The notes beneath the pieces were generated by a model. The model was not told the origin of the DNA. It saw only the letters and a program-made list of their open reading frames with translations, and searched no databases. The translations under genes were made by a program, and so were the position numbers. DNA of 64,000 bases from positions 774 through 64,773 of IMG/VR virus record IMGVR_UViG_3300015360_000043. The stretch is one strand, 5' to 3'. Each line of letters starts with the position of its first letter. Positions within the stretch are counted from its first letter, which is position 1. Positions 8,889-18,853 of this stretch are shown in pieces. The stretch is from a virus. Taxonomy: Duplodnaviria > Caudoviricetes.

Positions 8889-9353
8889 ATGAGCGCTATT
8901 TCCCAACTCGGCGGCCTACAGCTAGGCAGCGGCCAGCTCGGCGCAGTTGGCGGGGGCACTAGCGGTACGGGCAATTTCTCCGTTGCTCTCGTATGGTCTG
9001 CGGTGCCTTCGTATTTGGTACTGGCATCGGCGACCTTCAACGTCCCGATGGTTTGGCTAGCCGACTCCACCATCCCGGTGTTTGCCTTCGGCACCTTCTC
9101 AGTCCCCCAGGTCTGGTCCGCCCTTCCAGGAGCTACGGCGCTCGCCGGCGGCATCTTCGTCCCCGCAGTGCTCTTCTGGCTGCCCTTCGTAGGCAACCCA
9201 GAAGCCGAAAGCACCTTCCGGGCAACCATGCCGAAAAGCTGGCCGCGGGGCGCTATGCCGGTATCCTTCGTTCGCCGGTTCGAGAAGTTCACCTCCCCCA
9301 TCCGGCCCAACCTCCAAGAGAGCAACGGGACCGTCCCTTACATTTCAGGCTAA
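8889..9353 (+). CDS. hypothetical tail-module protein
   Basis: ORF tiling between tail genes; repeated F.VP.VW.A segments. Confidence 0.6.
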   Translation: MSAISQLGGLQLGSGQLGAVGGGTSGTGNFSVALVWSAVPSYLVLASATFNVPMVWLADSTIPVFAFGTFSVPQVWSALPGATALAGGIFVPAVLFWLPFVGNPEAESTFRATMPKSWPRGAMPVSFVRRFEKFTSPIRPNLQESNGTVPYISG

Positions 9354-9362
9354 ACTAGGAGG

Positions 9363-9839
9363 GTGCCCCTGCCTTTGATGCCTGATGTTTTGGTGAGATT
9401 CCCCGAGCGGCTACGCAGGGAGTTTCGAAAAGCAGTCCTGAAAGCCTTTCCCCTAGAAGAAGTCGCGATTTTGCTTGGCAAGCGCGGCCCAAACGGCGAG
9501 TACGACCTCGACCGGCTGTACTTCCCGCCCACGCGGCTTAAAAAATCCACCACCGAGAACATCGTAATCCTCCCCGAGTGGTTTAGCGACGCCGAGGCTG
9601 CCCATCCGGGCTATCAGGTCTTCGGCGACATCCACTCGCACCCGTATATCGGCCTCGACATGCCAATGTTATCCGCGGAGCCCTCTGAAACCGACTGGAT
9701 ATCCGCGGCACACAAACGAAAGCACTACCCCGGCGGCTACCACCTCATGGGCATCATGACATGCCTTGAGATAGGTCAAAAATACGTCACAAAAACCAAA
9801 TTCTGGCCCATAGGAGCCCCGGTTACCCTCGTCAGATGA
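9363..9839 (+). CDS. JAB/MPN (JAMM) metalloprotease
   Basis: EEVAILLG...GDIHSHP...PSETD matches E...HxH...SxxD; stop overlaps the terL start (ATGA). Confidence 0.8.
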   Translation: MPLPLMPDVLVRFPERLRREFRKAVLKAFPLEEVAILLGKRGPNGEYDLDRLYFPPTRLKKSTTENIVILPEWFSDAEAAHPGYQVFGDIHSHPYIGLDMPMLSAEPSETDWISAAHKRKHYPGGYHLMGIMTCLEIGQKYVTKTKFWPIGAPVTLVR

Positions 9840-11593
9840 GCGAACAACGATTCGATCTTAAAAAGCTACCAGAAGACGTCTACCAAAAGCTGGTGACAAC
9901 CCGCTGGCGGTGCCGGACTGACTTGAAATTCCTCTGCAACGAAGTCCTGGGCTTCAAAGACGTCAGCGAAGAACTGCACGGGCCGGTCATCGCCAATTTG
10001 CAACAATTTCCCCTACCCGACGTAGAGACCCAGCGAAGCTCGGACAGAATTATCGACGGCAAATGGTACTTCACCAGCCCCACCCGCATGCTGGACCTCG
10101 AAGGCCGCCGCCGGATGCTGCTTATCGACAGCCGCGGGTTTCTCAAAACAACCATCAACATCATCGCGCACACCATCCAGTGGATCATCAACTACCCCGA
10201 CATAGCACTGTTAATCGTCCAAAGCAACTCAGCAAAAGCTGAGGCGTTTTTGCGCGAGATCAAACAGCACTTCCAGGGGAACCCCCGCCTCCGGGCCCTC
10301 TTCCCCGAGCACTGCCCCATGAAGCGCATCATGGAGTGGGGCACCCAGACCCAGTTCACGTCAGAGGCCCGCAGCATCACGGCCTTACGCCGGGAGCCCA
10401 CCGTCGTGGCCGGCTCTATCGACAAAGGGATGGCCGGGTACCACTTTGACCTCATCAAGTTCTCCGACATCGTAGACCCCTCCAACATCACCGGCAACGG
10501 GCTCCAGCAGGTCAAAGACAGCTTCGGCATGATGCACAATCTGCTGATCTCCCCGCTGTACTGGATCGACGTGGAAGGCACCCGCTACCACATGGACGAC
10601 CTGTACGGGAAGATCATCGAAGACGAGGACAAAGCGACGGAAGACATGAAGGAGTGGAACATGTTCATCCGGGGGGCGACCTTCCGGGAATGGGGCGGCA
10701 AGCCCGAGGAATACACCATGGAGGCCCTGCTGACCCGCCCCGAGGTGATAGACAAGGACGGCTTGCCAAAATCCCGCTGGCCTACCCGCTTCCCCAACAA
10801 AGACTTGGCCAGCATGAAACGCAAAAACCGCTTCATGTACATGACCCAGCAGCAGCAGTTGCCCATGCCGACCGACGGCGACGCCTACTTCCCCGTCAAC
10901 CACGCCTACCCGACCTGGATCTCCCGAAAGGACTTCAAACAGAACATAAGAGTGGCCGCGTATGAAATCACCGTGGACACCGCGGAGACCATTAACAAAA
11001 AAGCCGACTACACCGTCATCATAGTCGCCGCATGGTCCGGCAACGGCAAATGCTATATCGACAAAATCATAATGGGGCAGTTCCTTCCCGATCAAACCAT
11101 TTCAAAAATCCTAAACGAGGCCCTCACTCACTACGGCAAGCTCCGAAGCATTAAAATCGAAGAAACCGGCTACGTCCGGGGTATGAAATCTTCCCTCCAG
11201 CGCAAGATGGACATGAACGGCATTACGCTTCCGATCACCTTCGTGAAGCGCGATACCCAAGTCGGCAAGGAAGAGCGCATCGCCCAAACCCTCCAGCCCC
11301 CCTACCGGGCCCACGAGCTAATTTTTCTCGACGACCTGGGGCTCACCGTGGACAGCGAGGAATACCTTCTCACCAAAAGCGAGCTGCTCGAAGAACTGAA
11401 AAACTTCCCGGCAGCGAAGCATGACGACATCCTTGACGCCATCTCCGACCTCTGGCAAAACAAAGGCTGGCACGGGCGAGAATTTACCCGACGCACGCTC
11501 ACGCAAGAGTACGACACCAGCATGGCCCGGCTGCTGGGGCTCGACGACGAATACTCGATAGTCAACGCGCCCCGCAAGAGCTTCACGCTATAA
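9836..11593 (+). CDS. terL: terminase large subunit
   Basis: SRGFLKTT Walker A variant, GYHFDLIKFSD, EGTRYHMDDLYG, nuclease motifs ITVDTA and KHDDILDA. Confidence 0.93.
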   Translation: MSEQRFDLKKLPEDVYQKLVTTRWRCRTDLKFLCNEVLGFKDVSEELHGPVIANLQQFPLPDVETQRSSDRIIDGKWYFTSPTRMLDLEGRRRMLLIDSRGFLKTTINIIAHTIQWIINYPDIALLIVQSNSAKAEAFLREIKQHFQGNPRLRALFPEHCPMKRIMEWGTQTQFTSEARSITALRREPTVVAGSIDKGMAGYHFDLIKFSDIVDPSNITGNGLQQVKDSFGMMHNLLISPLYWIDVEGTRYHMDDLYGKIIEDEDKATEDMKEWNMFIRGATFREWGGKPEEYTMEALLTRPEVIDKDGLPKSRWPTRFPNKDLASMKRKNRFMYMTQQQQLPMPTDGDAYFPVNHAYPTWISRKDFKQNIRVAAYEITVDTAETINKKADYTVIIVAAWSGNGKCYIDKIIMGQFLPDQTISKILNEALTHYGKLRSIKIEETGYVRGMKSSLQRKMDMNGITLPITFVKRDTQVGKEERIAQTLQPPYRAHELIFLDDLGLTVDSEEYLLTKSELLEELKNFPAAKHDDILDAISDLWQNKGWHGREFTRRTLTQEYDTSMARLLGLDDEYSIVNAPRKSFTL

Positions 11594-11610
11594 TACCCAT
11601 AGGCCCCTTC

Positions 11611-11904
11611 ATGAAAAAGTACAACTTTAAGCCGACCACTCTCCCTGGCATGATCGCCGTTGCCCTGGCTATTATCGCCGAGTACCCCAGCCCCTTCCCC
11701 TACGCCGAGAATATCCAACCTCTGGCCGGCCTTCTGGCCGCTATCGCGGCGGCGCTCTTCGCCTACAACGTCTCCGGGGCTCACCCGACGCCCCCCATTG
11801 TATCAACCCCTGATCTCGCTGAGGAAGACCCGGCAAACAAACTTCTCCTGGCCATCCCTAAGGCCATCCCCGAGGTCTCGGCAAAACCCAAGGTCCGCGC
11901 ATAA
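11611..11904 (+). CDS. putative holin / membrane protein
   Basis: two hydrophobic segments after KPTTLPG; 97 aa. Confidence 0.5.
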   Translation: MKKYNFKPTTLPGMIAVALAIIAEYPSPFPYAENIQPLAGLLAAIAAALFAYNVSGAHPTPPIVSTPDLAEEDPANKLLLAIPKAIPEVSAKPKVRA

Positions 11905-14195
11905 TGCCCAATCAAGAAGCCCCGGTACAACTGAACACCGTAGACCTCGACCAGGGGAAATTTGAGGTCGAGCGGGACAAACTTGAAAAAGACTACGCGC
12001 TCACCCTAGTCAACCAAACCTACGCCACTTACGAGAATTTCCGCACCAGAAACCACGACAACCGCTGGTCCGCCAGCGACTCCCTGTACACGGGTTTCGT
12101 GGCCTCGCGGGTCTGGGAAGGCTCGAACGTCCCCCGGGCCAACGTGTCCCACAAGCTCGTCTTCGACCACGTAGAAGCGGCCATCCCCTCCATCCACCAA
12201 GCCATCTTTGGCCTCGGGGACGAATGGTATTCTGTCATGCCGGAAGGCGAGGCTCGCCCGGAAGACGCCCGGAAGGTAAAAAAGGCCTTAGGGTTTGTCG
12301 TTCAAAACGCCCGCGATGACTACGGCGGCACCGCTGAAATGCAGATCGGCCTCGCGGTCAAAGACATCCTGCTGTACGGCAACGGGGGTATCGCCGTCGA
12401 ATGGAACCAGCTTAAAAAGCGCCCTGAAATCTCCCGCGTGGACCTACGCGACATCTACATCGACCCCTCGCTATCCGACCCCTCCACCGATCGGGCTAGA
12501 AGCATCATCCGCAAACGCCTCATGACCGTCGCCGAGCTTATCGAGCTGCGAGACGACTCGCGCATGGAGATCCCTTCGGACTCGATTCTTCAATATCTGG
12601 CCAAAACAAACCCGTCGCCCTATGGCGACCAAACAAAAGCCACCCAAGAAGCCTATCGTGGGGTCAACTATCAGCCCGCCAGTGACAACGTACTCCCCAA
12701 TGCCTCAAACAACTACATCGAAGTCCTGGTGTATTACAGCATGTCCCGGATCATCTGGGTGTTGGGCCGGCAATGGGTCGCCTACAACGGCAAAAACCCC
12801 TACAACTTCTTCCCCTTCTGCTTCGCCCCTTGTTTTGTCTTTCCGAACAGATGGTATGCGTTAAGTTTTGCGGACGTCCTAGAAGACAAGCAGAAGTCCA
12901 TCGAAGGCCTATTCAACGGCCATTTGGATGAAGTCGCGCTGGCGCTAAACCCGCCGCGGTCACAAGCCCAAAACAACAACATGACGCCAAACCGAAGAGC
13001 GTGGGCTCCGGGCATGGTGTTCAACTCCGGCAGCAACGATCCCAGCAAGGCCGTCGCCCTACTCCAGCCGTCCCCAGTCACCACCAACGTCATGTCAGAC
13101 ATTTCGTTTTTGGAAATCGGGGCCGAGAAGAGCACGGGGATTAACGCCGTCGGCCAAGGCATCCCGCGGCCCGGCAATGCCAATCGTACCGCGACGGGCA
13201 TGAATTCTCAACTGCAAGGCAGCGCCTCCCGCTTGTCAACGATTGTTAAAAACATCGAAGACTACCTGATGACGCCCCTGCTGTACAAAATCTACCTGCT
13301 TCTCCGGTATCACGTCAACAGCTTTGACAAATTCGCCTCGCAGGACAATAACGGCGTCGTAGAATGGATCGACGGCGGCACCTTTCGGCAGCCGGTCAAT
13401 TTCAAAATGCTCGCGTCGTCGAAAATGGTGACCCGCGACAAGCTAATGCAGATCTTCCCCTTCCTGACACAATACCTAATGTCGGGACCGTTCATGCAGG
13501 GGCTTAACCGCGCCGGACAAACAGTAGACTTCGCCGAGCTATTCAAATTCATGCAGGACGCCTCCGGTGTCGAGCAGCTCTACACGCTAATCCGCCCCCT
13601 CAGCCCCGAGGAACAGCAAGCCCTTCAACAGCCCGACCCCCAATCGGTCGCCGCCGACAAAAAAACCCAAATGGACTCGCAAACCAGAATGGGTGTGGCC
13701 CAGCTCGGGTCCCAAACGGCCCTCGAAGTCGCCAGGATCAACAACGCGCCGGATCCGCAAGCAGACGAAGGGACCCGGCTCAAACTGCAAATGGAAACCC
13801 AGGCCAAACAAGAAGAACTCGCGGCTAAGCGCGAGGAAGCCATGCTAAAAATCCAGCTCAAACAGGAAGAGGGGCGGATAAAGGGCGAAGCCGCCCAGAT
13901 CAAAATGCAGTCGGACGCCGCGGCCACCCAGTCCAAGCTGGGGCTCGCCCAGGCGGAAGGCCAACTGAAGCTCCAGGCCAAACAGCTCGAAACCGAGTCC
14001 AACCTCCAGAACCAACAGCTCACCCAAGCCTTTGCGCGGGAAGCGGAATCCGAAAAACACCAAAGGGGGCTCGCCCAGGGCGAAGAAGGGCACCAAGCCA
14101 AGCTATCACAAATGAAGCAAATGGCCACTGTCAAGCCCTCCTCGGGCAAAAAGGCAGCGCCGGCCAAGGGCAAAAGCTCTCGGCCTCGGGTGTAA
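11904..14195 (+). CDS. portal protein
   Basis: 763 aa after terL; D.LLYGNG, IYIDP, TGIN...TATG motifs and a long Q/A/K-rich coiled C-terminus, as in P22-like portals. Confidence 0.9.
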   Translation: MPNQEAPVQLNTVDLDQGKFEVERDKLEKDYALTLVNQTYATYENFRTRNHDNRWSASDSLYTGFVASRVWEGSNVPRANVSHKLVFDHVEAAIPSIHQAIFGLGDEWYSVMPEGEARPEDARKVKKALGFVVQNARDDYGGTAEMQIGLAVKDILLYGNGGIAVEWNQLKKRPEISRVDLRDIYIDPSLSDPSTDRARSIIRKRLMTVAELIELRDDSRMEIPSDSILQYLAKTNPSPYGDQTKATQEAYRGVNYQPASDNVLPNASNNYIEVLVYYSMSRIIWVLGRQWVAYNGKNPYNFFPFCFAPCFVFPNRWYALSFADVLEDKQKSIEGLFNGHLDEVALALNPPRSQAQNNNMTPNRRAWAPGMVFNSGSNDPSKAVALLQPSPVTTNVMSDISFLEIGAEKSTGINAVGQGIPRPGNANRTATGMNSQLQGSASRLSTIVKNIEDYLMTPLLYKIYLLLRYHVNSFDKFASQDNNGVVEWIDGGTFRQPVNFKMLASSKMVTRDKLMQIFPFLTQYLMSGPFMQGLNRAGQTVDFAELFKFMQDASGVEQLYTLIRPLSPEEQQALQQPDPQSVAADKKTQMDSQTRMGVAQLGSQTALEVARINNAPDPQADEGTRLKLQMETQAKQEELAAKREEAMLKIQLKQEEGRIKGEAAQIKMQSDAAATQSKLGLAQAEGQLKLQAKQLETESNLQNQQLTQAFAREAESEKHQRGLAQGEEGHQAKLSQMKQMATVKPSSGKKAAPAKGKSSRPRV

Positions 14196-14198
14196 CCC

Positions 14199-14477
14199 AT
14201 GCCTATCAACCTCGCAGCCTTCCATATCCCCCTACGATCGGCAGTGCCTTTGGCTGCCCTTCCGGGCCAAACAGGGTATACTGAAATCAAGGAAGTTTTC
14301 GGGCAAGCTGAACGTTTTCTTGCTAACCAACTTGACATCGACGATACCAAAAATGTCCTAAACCTCTGGCGGGCCGCCCGCCTTGCCCAGCAACTACTAA
14401 CGTACATTCCAGAGAATGCAAAAATGCTCCTGGAGACAGTACCGGCACATGAATTTGACCTCCCGGAGAACCAATAA
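14199..14477 (+). CDS. hypothetical protein
   Basis: ORF tiling between portal and scaffold genes. Confidence 0.65.
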   Translation: MPINLAAFHIPLRSAVPLAALPGQTGYTEIKEVFGQAERFLANQLDIDDTKNVLNLWRAARLAQQLLTYIPENAKMLLETVPAHEFDLPENQ

Positions 14478-15253
14478 TGGAACAGACCTTTACCCCCGAC
14501 CAAATCGCGGCCTTCATGGCTGAAATGACCAACCACTCTGAGGACTCTTCGTCTTCGCAGCCTATCAAAGTTCAGGTCGGCGACCAAACGGTCACCTTCA
14601 ACAATGAGGCCGAGCTCAGCTCGGGGCTAAACACGGTCTCGGCGAACTACAACGCTGCCAAGGCCGAAGCCCAGCAACTACGGCAGCAAAACGCCGCCCT
14701 CATCGCCCAGCATACTCAAGCAGGCCGGGGCTCTCAGGTATCCAGCGACGATGATACCCCTGAGTTCAGCCGGGATGAGTTTGTGGATGAGCTGGGGCGC
14801 GACCCCCTGCAAGCAATCAACCGGGCGCTCAACCATCTTGTATTTGACGGCAGGGCCGGCTCGGACGCCGCGGCGCTACTCCGAGAAGGCCTAATCCGAG
14901 GCACCTCCGCGGAGCGAAAGCTCGTCGCCACTCAGTACGCCGGCATTCACCCGGAAGTCGTGGGCAACAACCAGTACGCTAACGTCGTCGAACAAACTCG
15001 CAAGGAACTAGGTCTCGCCTTCGACCTCAACGGCCTTGAGGCTGCAACCGCGATGGCTGAACGCCGGGGTCAAATCCCCGACTACCGTCAATTCCAGCAA
15101 TTCCAGCAAGCCCAGCAAGCCCCGCCGCCGGGTATGCGGTCAGGCTCCACCCCTACCTACCAAGATACCCAATTGTCCGAAGACTATCTCGAAAGTCTTT
15201 CCGTTGAGCAATTAGAGAATCTCGCAAATCGTATGTCAGCGCCTCCGCGCTAG
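14477..15253 (+). CDS. putative capsid scaffolding protein
   Basis: acidic, helical and Q-rich; directly upstream of the capsid gene. Confidence 0.7.
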   Translation: MEQTFTPDQIAAFMAEMTNHSEDSSSSQPIKVQVGDQTVTFNNEAELSSGLNTVSANYNAAKAEAQQLRQQNAALIAQHTQAGRGSQVSSDDDTPEFSRDEFVDELGRDPLQAINRALNHLVFDGRAGSDAAALLREGLIRGTSAERKLVATQYAGIHPEVVGNNQYANVVEQTRKELGLAFDLNGLEAATAMAERRGQIPDYRQFQQFQQAQQAPPPGMRSGSTPTYQDTQLSEDYLESLSVEQLENLANRMSAPPR

Positions 15254-15313
15254 TCTATGATACAATAACAACAGGTTTAGGGTAACCCCCGACCACAAAA
15301 AAGGATTCAAGAT

Positions 15314-16300
15314 ATGCCTTATTCCCCAGCAACAAATCTAACTTCTAGTGTAGGGTTGCCCCATGTTCAGACCGTCGTCTACCGCAAAAAGGCGCTCGAC
15401 CGACTGATGACCAAGTTCCAGTTCCGCCAAGCCACCATGAAAGACACGATCGGCAAGCAGGAAGGCCGGACGGTCCAGTGGTTCCGGTACAATAACCCCT
15501 CGGCGGTTACTTCGGTAGCGGCAGAAGGGACTGTCGGCACGGGCACCGCGGCCAGCTCGCGTGTCGTTTCCGCAACTGTCTCCCAGTACACGGCCTTCAT
15601 GACGATCTCTGACTTCCTGGAAGCCACCGCCATCGACCCCGTGGTCAGCAACACCAGTGACTTGCTGGGCTATCAGGGCGGGCTCTCTGTTGACACCATC
15701 ACGCGAAACGTGATCGACGCGGCTTCCACGGCGACCAACCAGCCGCTTTTGGCGACCTACCTCCGCGTGGCTGACATCCGCTCCTCGCGCCACGGCCTGC
15801 AAGCTCTCAACGTTATGCCGTTCGAGGACAGCAAGTTCCTCGTCCTGGCCCACCCGTATGTCACCTACGACTTGGTGAACGATCCGTCGGCTAACGGCCT
15901 CGCGGACATCGTTAAGTACACGGCTCCCCAGAACACCGCACTCGTCCGCTACGAGGACCGTGGGCTCATCGCCGAGGTAGCTGGCTGCCGGGTTATCGAG
16001 ACCACCAACGTCTTCACGCAGACGACCCCCAACCGGTACCGCGCTTACGTCTTCGGCAAGGACGGCCTCGGCTCCCTTGAGCTGGCGGGCAAGGCTCCGG
16101 CCACGGTTACCGACCCGGCCAAGCAGCGGTTCAACATCCGCGTGATTCGCCCCGATCCGTCCATCGCGGACCCTGAGGGCGTGATTGCGGCTGCCGTCTC
16201 GTACAACTTCATGTACACCGTCGTATTCCTTGAGGGCCCCGCGGGCATCGGCGGCGTATATCGCTCCCGGACCTTGGATCCCCAATCGACCATCGCCTAA
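15314..16300 (+). CDS. major capsid protein (N4 gp56-like, HK97 fold)
   Basis: GRTVQWFRY, EGTVG, ATVSQY..FMTISD, LAHPYVTYDL, IAEVAGCRVIET motifs; AAGGA RBS; strong codon bias; terminator downstream. Confidence 0.9.
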   Translation: MPYSPATNLTSSVGLPHVQTVVYRKKALDRLMTKFQFRQATMKDTIGKQEGRTVQWFRYNNPSAVTSVAAEGTVGTGTAASSRVVSATVSQYTAFMTISDFLEATAIDPVVSNTSDLLGYQGGLSVDTITRNVIDAASTATNQPLLATYLRVADIRSSRHGLQALNVMPFEDSKFLVLAHPYVTYDLVNDPSANGLADIVKYTAPQNTALVRYEDRGLIAEVAGCRVIETTNVFTQTTPNRYRAYVFGKDGLGSLELAGKAPATVTDPAKQRFNIRVIRPDPSIADPEGVIAAAVSYNFMYTVVFLEGPAGIGGVYRSRTLDPQSTIA

Positions 16301-16325
16301 TCCCCGGCGCTAACCAACACACGAC

Positions 16326-16351
16326 AAACCCTCCTTAACCGGGGGGTTTTT
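16326..16351 (+). terminator. Rho-independent terminator after the capsid gene
   Basis: AAACCCTCC-TTAACC-GGGGGGTTTTT. Confidence 0.75.
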
Positions 16352-16437
16352 CGCGTTTAGCCCCCACGAAAGGCCGCTTCGGGCACCGGGCCCCGGGCCC
16401 TCGCGGAACCCCTTCGGATATCAGCTACAATATAACC

Positions 16438-16848
16438 ATGGGCCCTACCACTCTGCCACCCCGCGTGTCTGCGTTCTCGCAGACCCAAACCCTCTACTGG
16501 TCCACGGGCGAGCTCTTCAACGGCTTCGCGCTCATTGGCCTCGTGACCCCGACAAGCGCCGGCACCCCCTGGGTGCTCGTGGCCCCCAACGGCTCATACC
16601 CCGGGGACGCGCTACCGGACTTCATGTACGCCCCGATTGTCAACGGCAAGTGGAACCAGAGCTCGGGCCTCTTCTACAACTCCGACCTCACCCCTCCGAA
16701 CTCCAGGTATGTCGCGTGGTACTACGACCTCAGCAAGCGCCAACTGGCTGGCCCCACCAGCAACTTTGCCGCAAGCACAGCTACCATAACCCTCCCCGAA
16801 TTACCCCTGACCTCCCCCACGATCGGCGCGAATCCGGTACCCGACTAA
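16438..16848 (+). CDS. putative virion protein
   Basis: 136 aa with NSDLTPPNSRY; TACAAT 6 nt upstream. Confidence 0.65.
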   Translation: MGPTTLPPRVSAFSQTQTLYWSTGELFNGFALIGLVTPTSAGTPWVLVAPNGSYPGDALPDFMYAPIVNGKWNQSSGLFYNSDLTPPNSRYVAWYYDLSKRQLAGPTSNFAASTATITLPELPLTSPTIGANPVPD

Positions 16849-17105
16849 TGCCTAAATTTTTAGAGAATTCCATAACCGTCAAGGAGCTACTCGCATATGT
16901 GATCAGCGCAGTTACAATACTCGTCAGTATTTCCATCAGCTATGCCGAGTACACCAGAAAAGAAGCAGTTACGCAAGTAAAACTAGAAGGGATCATTGAA
17001 GCCCTCAAAGACAACACGGCTATTAACGCACGCCAGAACGATCAACTTGAGCGTTTAAACATCCTGTTGACGGAATTCAAGGTGCGCGTGGAGATTAAAC
17101 GATGA
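16848..17105 (+). CDS. membrane protein with one TM helix and a coiled coil (lysis-related?)
   Basis: TAATG coupling; LLAYVISAVTILVSISISY followed by a heptad-rich segment. Confidence 0.6.
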   Translation: MPKFLENSITVKELLAYVISAVTILVSISISYAEYTRKEAVTQVKLEGIIEALKDNTAINARQNDQLERLNILLTEFKVRVEIKR

Positions 17106-17692
17106 TCGTAAACGACGAAGCTAGGCAAGCGAGGGTAGCGCAGGCACGAAAGCGCGATGATACGCTCCAAGCCAACTTCAACAACGTCACCCGCGAGATC
17201 AAAGACGCGGGTTTAATTGACAAGACAAACACCTTGCTCCAGATGGGCAAGATGATGTTGACGCCGGACTTTGAGCAAAAGCTCTTCCCGCTCAACAAGG
17301 GGTTTGTCGCCGAGACTTTCCCGCATGACTCGTCCAAAAGGGCCCTCTATATAGTGGACCTCCGGGGCAAGTTCCACGTCATGTCATATGAGTCGGCATG
17401 GATGCCGGAGCGCTCTGTGATGACCCACAAGACCGTCCGGGTCCCAGATCCTAAGCTCAGCTCCATGAGTGGCCGCGACGTGCCCTCAAGCGACCCTGAC
17501 GCGCTTAAACCCGGCTGGATGGACGTGCAGATACCCGGGCGGGAAGCTGTCCGAGGTTGGCGCACGGTACTAGCCCGGCTCATCCAAAACGACCTGATAA
17601 CCCTCAGTGACAGCGATCGAGTTTTCGGCGGTGACAACACGCCTGAATGGCAGCAGAACACAGGAGCCGCCGGATACACCCGGCCCTGGTAA
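17102..17692 (+). CDS. hypothetical protein
   Basis: 196-aa ORF with ATGA overlap; RGWRTVLARLI motif. Confidence 0.75.
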   Translation: MIVNDEARQARVAQARKRDDTLQANFNNVTREIKDAGLIDKTNTLLQMGKMMLTPDFEQKLFPLNKGFVAETFPHDSSKRALYIVDLRGKFHVMSYESAWMPERSVMTHKTVRVPDPKLSSMSGRDVPSSDPDALKPGWMDVQIPGREAVRGWRTVLARLIQNDLITLSDSDRVFGGDNTPEWQQNTGAAGYTRPW

Positions 17693-17706
17693 CCAACGGA
17701 GATCAT

Positions 17707-18144
17707 ATGGAAATCAAGAAAAAGACCGACGAAAATCCACTAGCGGATCCAATGCTGCTGGCGACCCTGGCAGCCCAGGCCAGCACCGGTGGGGGCGCAA
17801 TGTCGGACGACCTTCAAGCGCTGCTAAAGCTCGCGCTCAAAAAGGCCGCGAAGATTGACGCGCAAGAGGAAGAGACCGAACGGACCAACAAGGTAGCCCA
17901 GCTCAGTAACGCGCATGTCCTCGAAGGCGTGCGGAAACAAAGGCTGGAGGAGCAGGAGTTCTGCAACCATCGGAACGAGCATAATCAGTCCTTGCTGGTC
18001 GGCCAACGGACTCAGCATGGATTCGCCGTGCTTTTGTGCCAGAAGTGCCAGAAACTATTCACGTCTCCCCCGCAAAACCCCGAGGAACGCATCCCGCCCG
18101 GCCTAGAGCCACGGCCTAATTTCGTCGGCGGGCCTCATCAGTAA
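17707..18144 (+). CDS. hypothetical protein with a putative Zn finger
   Basis: GGAG RBS; CNH...CQKC. Confidence 0.7.
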   Translation: MEIKKKTDENPLADPMLLATLAAQASTGGGAMSDDLQALLKLALKKAAKIDAQEEETERTNKVAQLSNAHVLEGVRKQRLEEQEFCNHRNEHNQSLLVGQRTQHGFAVLLCQKCQKLFTSPPQNPEERIPPGLEPRPNFVGGPHQ

Positions 18145-18160
18145 CCAGCAAGGATAACCT

Positions 18161-18853
18161 ATGGCGGCAACCAAAACACCCTACGAAGCGTTCGATATCG
18201 CGAAAAAGTTTGTCAAAAACATGCCTTTGGAGAGCGTCGGGCCCCAAATTCTCGACGAGATTAACAAAAGGATGTGGATGGCCGCCCCCTGGCGATGGAC
18301 CCTTGGTGCGTTGCCGCCGATCACCCCACTTGTAAACGTCACGGACTACAACATTGCCCTCCCGAACAATTTTCTTTATATATATGATGCGATTCTGGCT
18401 AACGCCGGAAAGATTGTTCGCCATCTGGAGTGCATTGGGGAGATTAACCCAACCGTTAACCAGATCGGGCAGATTAGCAAAATTGCTCACGTTACTGCGG
18501 GGACATTCCGGGTATACCCGAAGCCGCCGCAAGTAGACAACCCCGCGTCAAGTATCCTATGCCGGTACAAGAAGGTCTCGCCCTTGGTGACTAACCAGTC
18601 CCAGAGCACCCCCGGGCTACTCGTCATGGATGACGACTGGTTTTGGGTTTACCAGCACGGTGTCATCTGGCTGTCCTACCTCTGGGGTGATGATTCCCGG
18701 GCCGGGTCGGCGACGGTGGACAAAAACGGCCAGACGCAGTATTCAGGGCAGAGGGCAGTCTTTGAAGATGGCCTCTGGCAGATGCGGAATCGCGAAAAAC
18801 TAATCCCGCTCGATGACCGAAAAGCCATCGACGTCGAGGAGAACAATAAATAA
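18161..18853 (+). CDS. head-tail adaptor / ring protein 1
   Basis: APWRWTL...TDYNIALPNNF...FRVYPKP...RYKK pattern of podoviral adaptors. Confidence 0.7.
   Translation: MAATKTPYEAFDIAKKFVKNMPLESVGPQILDEINKRMWMAAPWRWTLGALPPITPLVNVTDYNIALPNNFLYIYDAILANAGKIVRHLECIGEINPTVNQIGQISKIAHVTAGTFRVYPKPPQVDNPASSILCRYKKVSPLVTNQSQSTPGLLVMDDDWFWVYQHGVIWLSYLWGDDSRAGSATVDKNGQTQYSGQRAVFEDGLWQMRNREKLIPLDDRKAIDVEENNK

Noticed and set aside
15338-16285. 315-aa antisense ORF over the capsid gene, and similar long shadow ORFs (13625-14587, 10385-11095, 29536-30279)
   Set aside because: Explained by high GC and strong codon bias on the coding strand; no motifs or RBS
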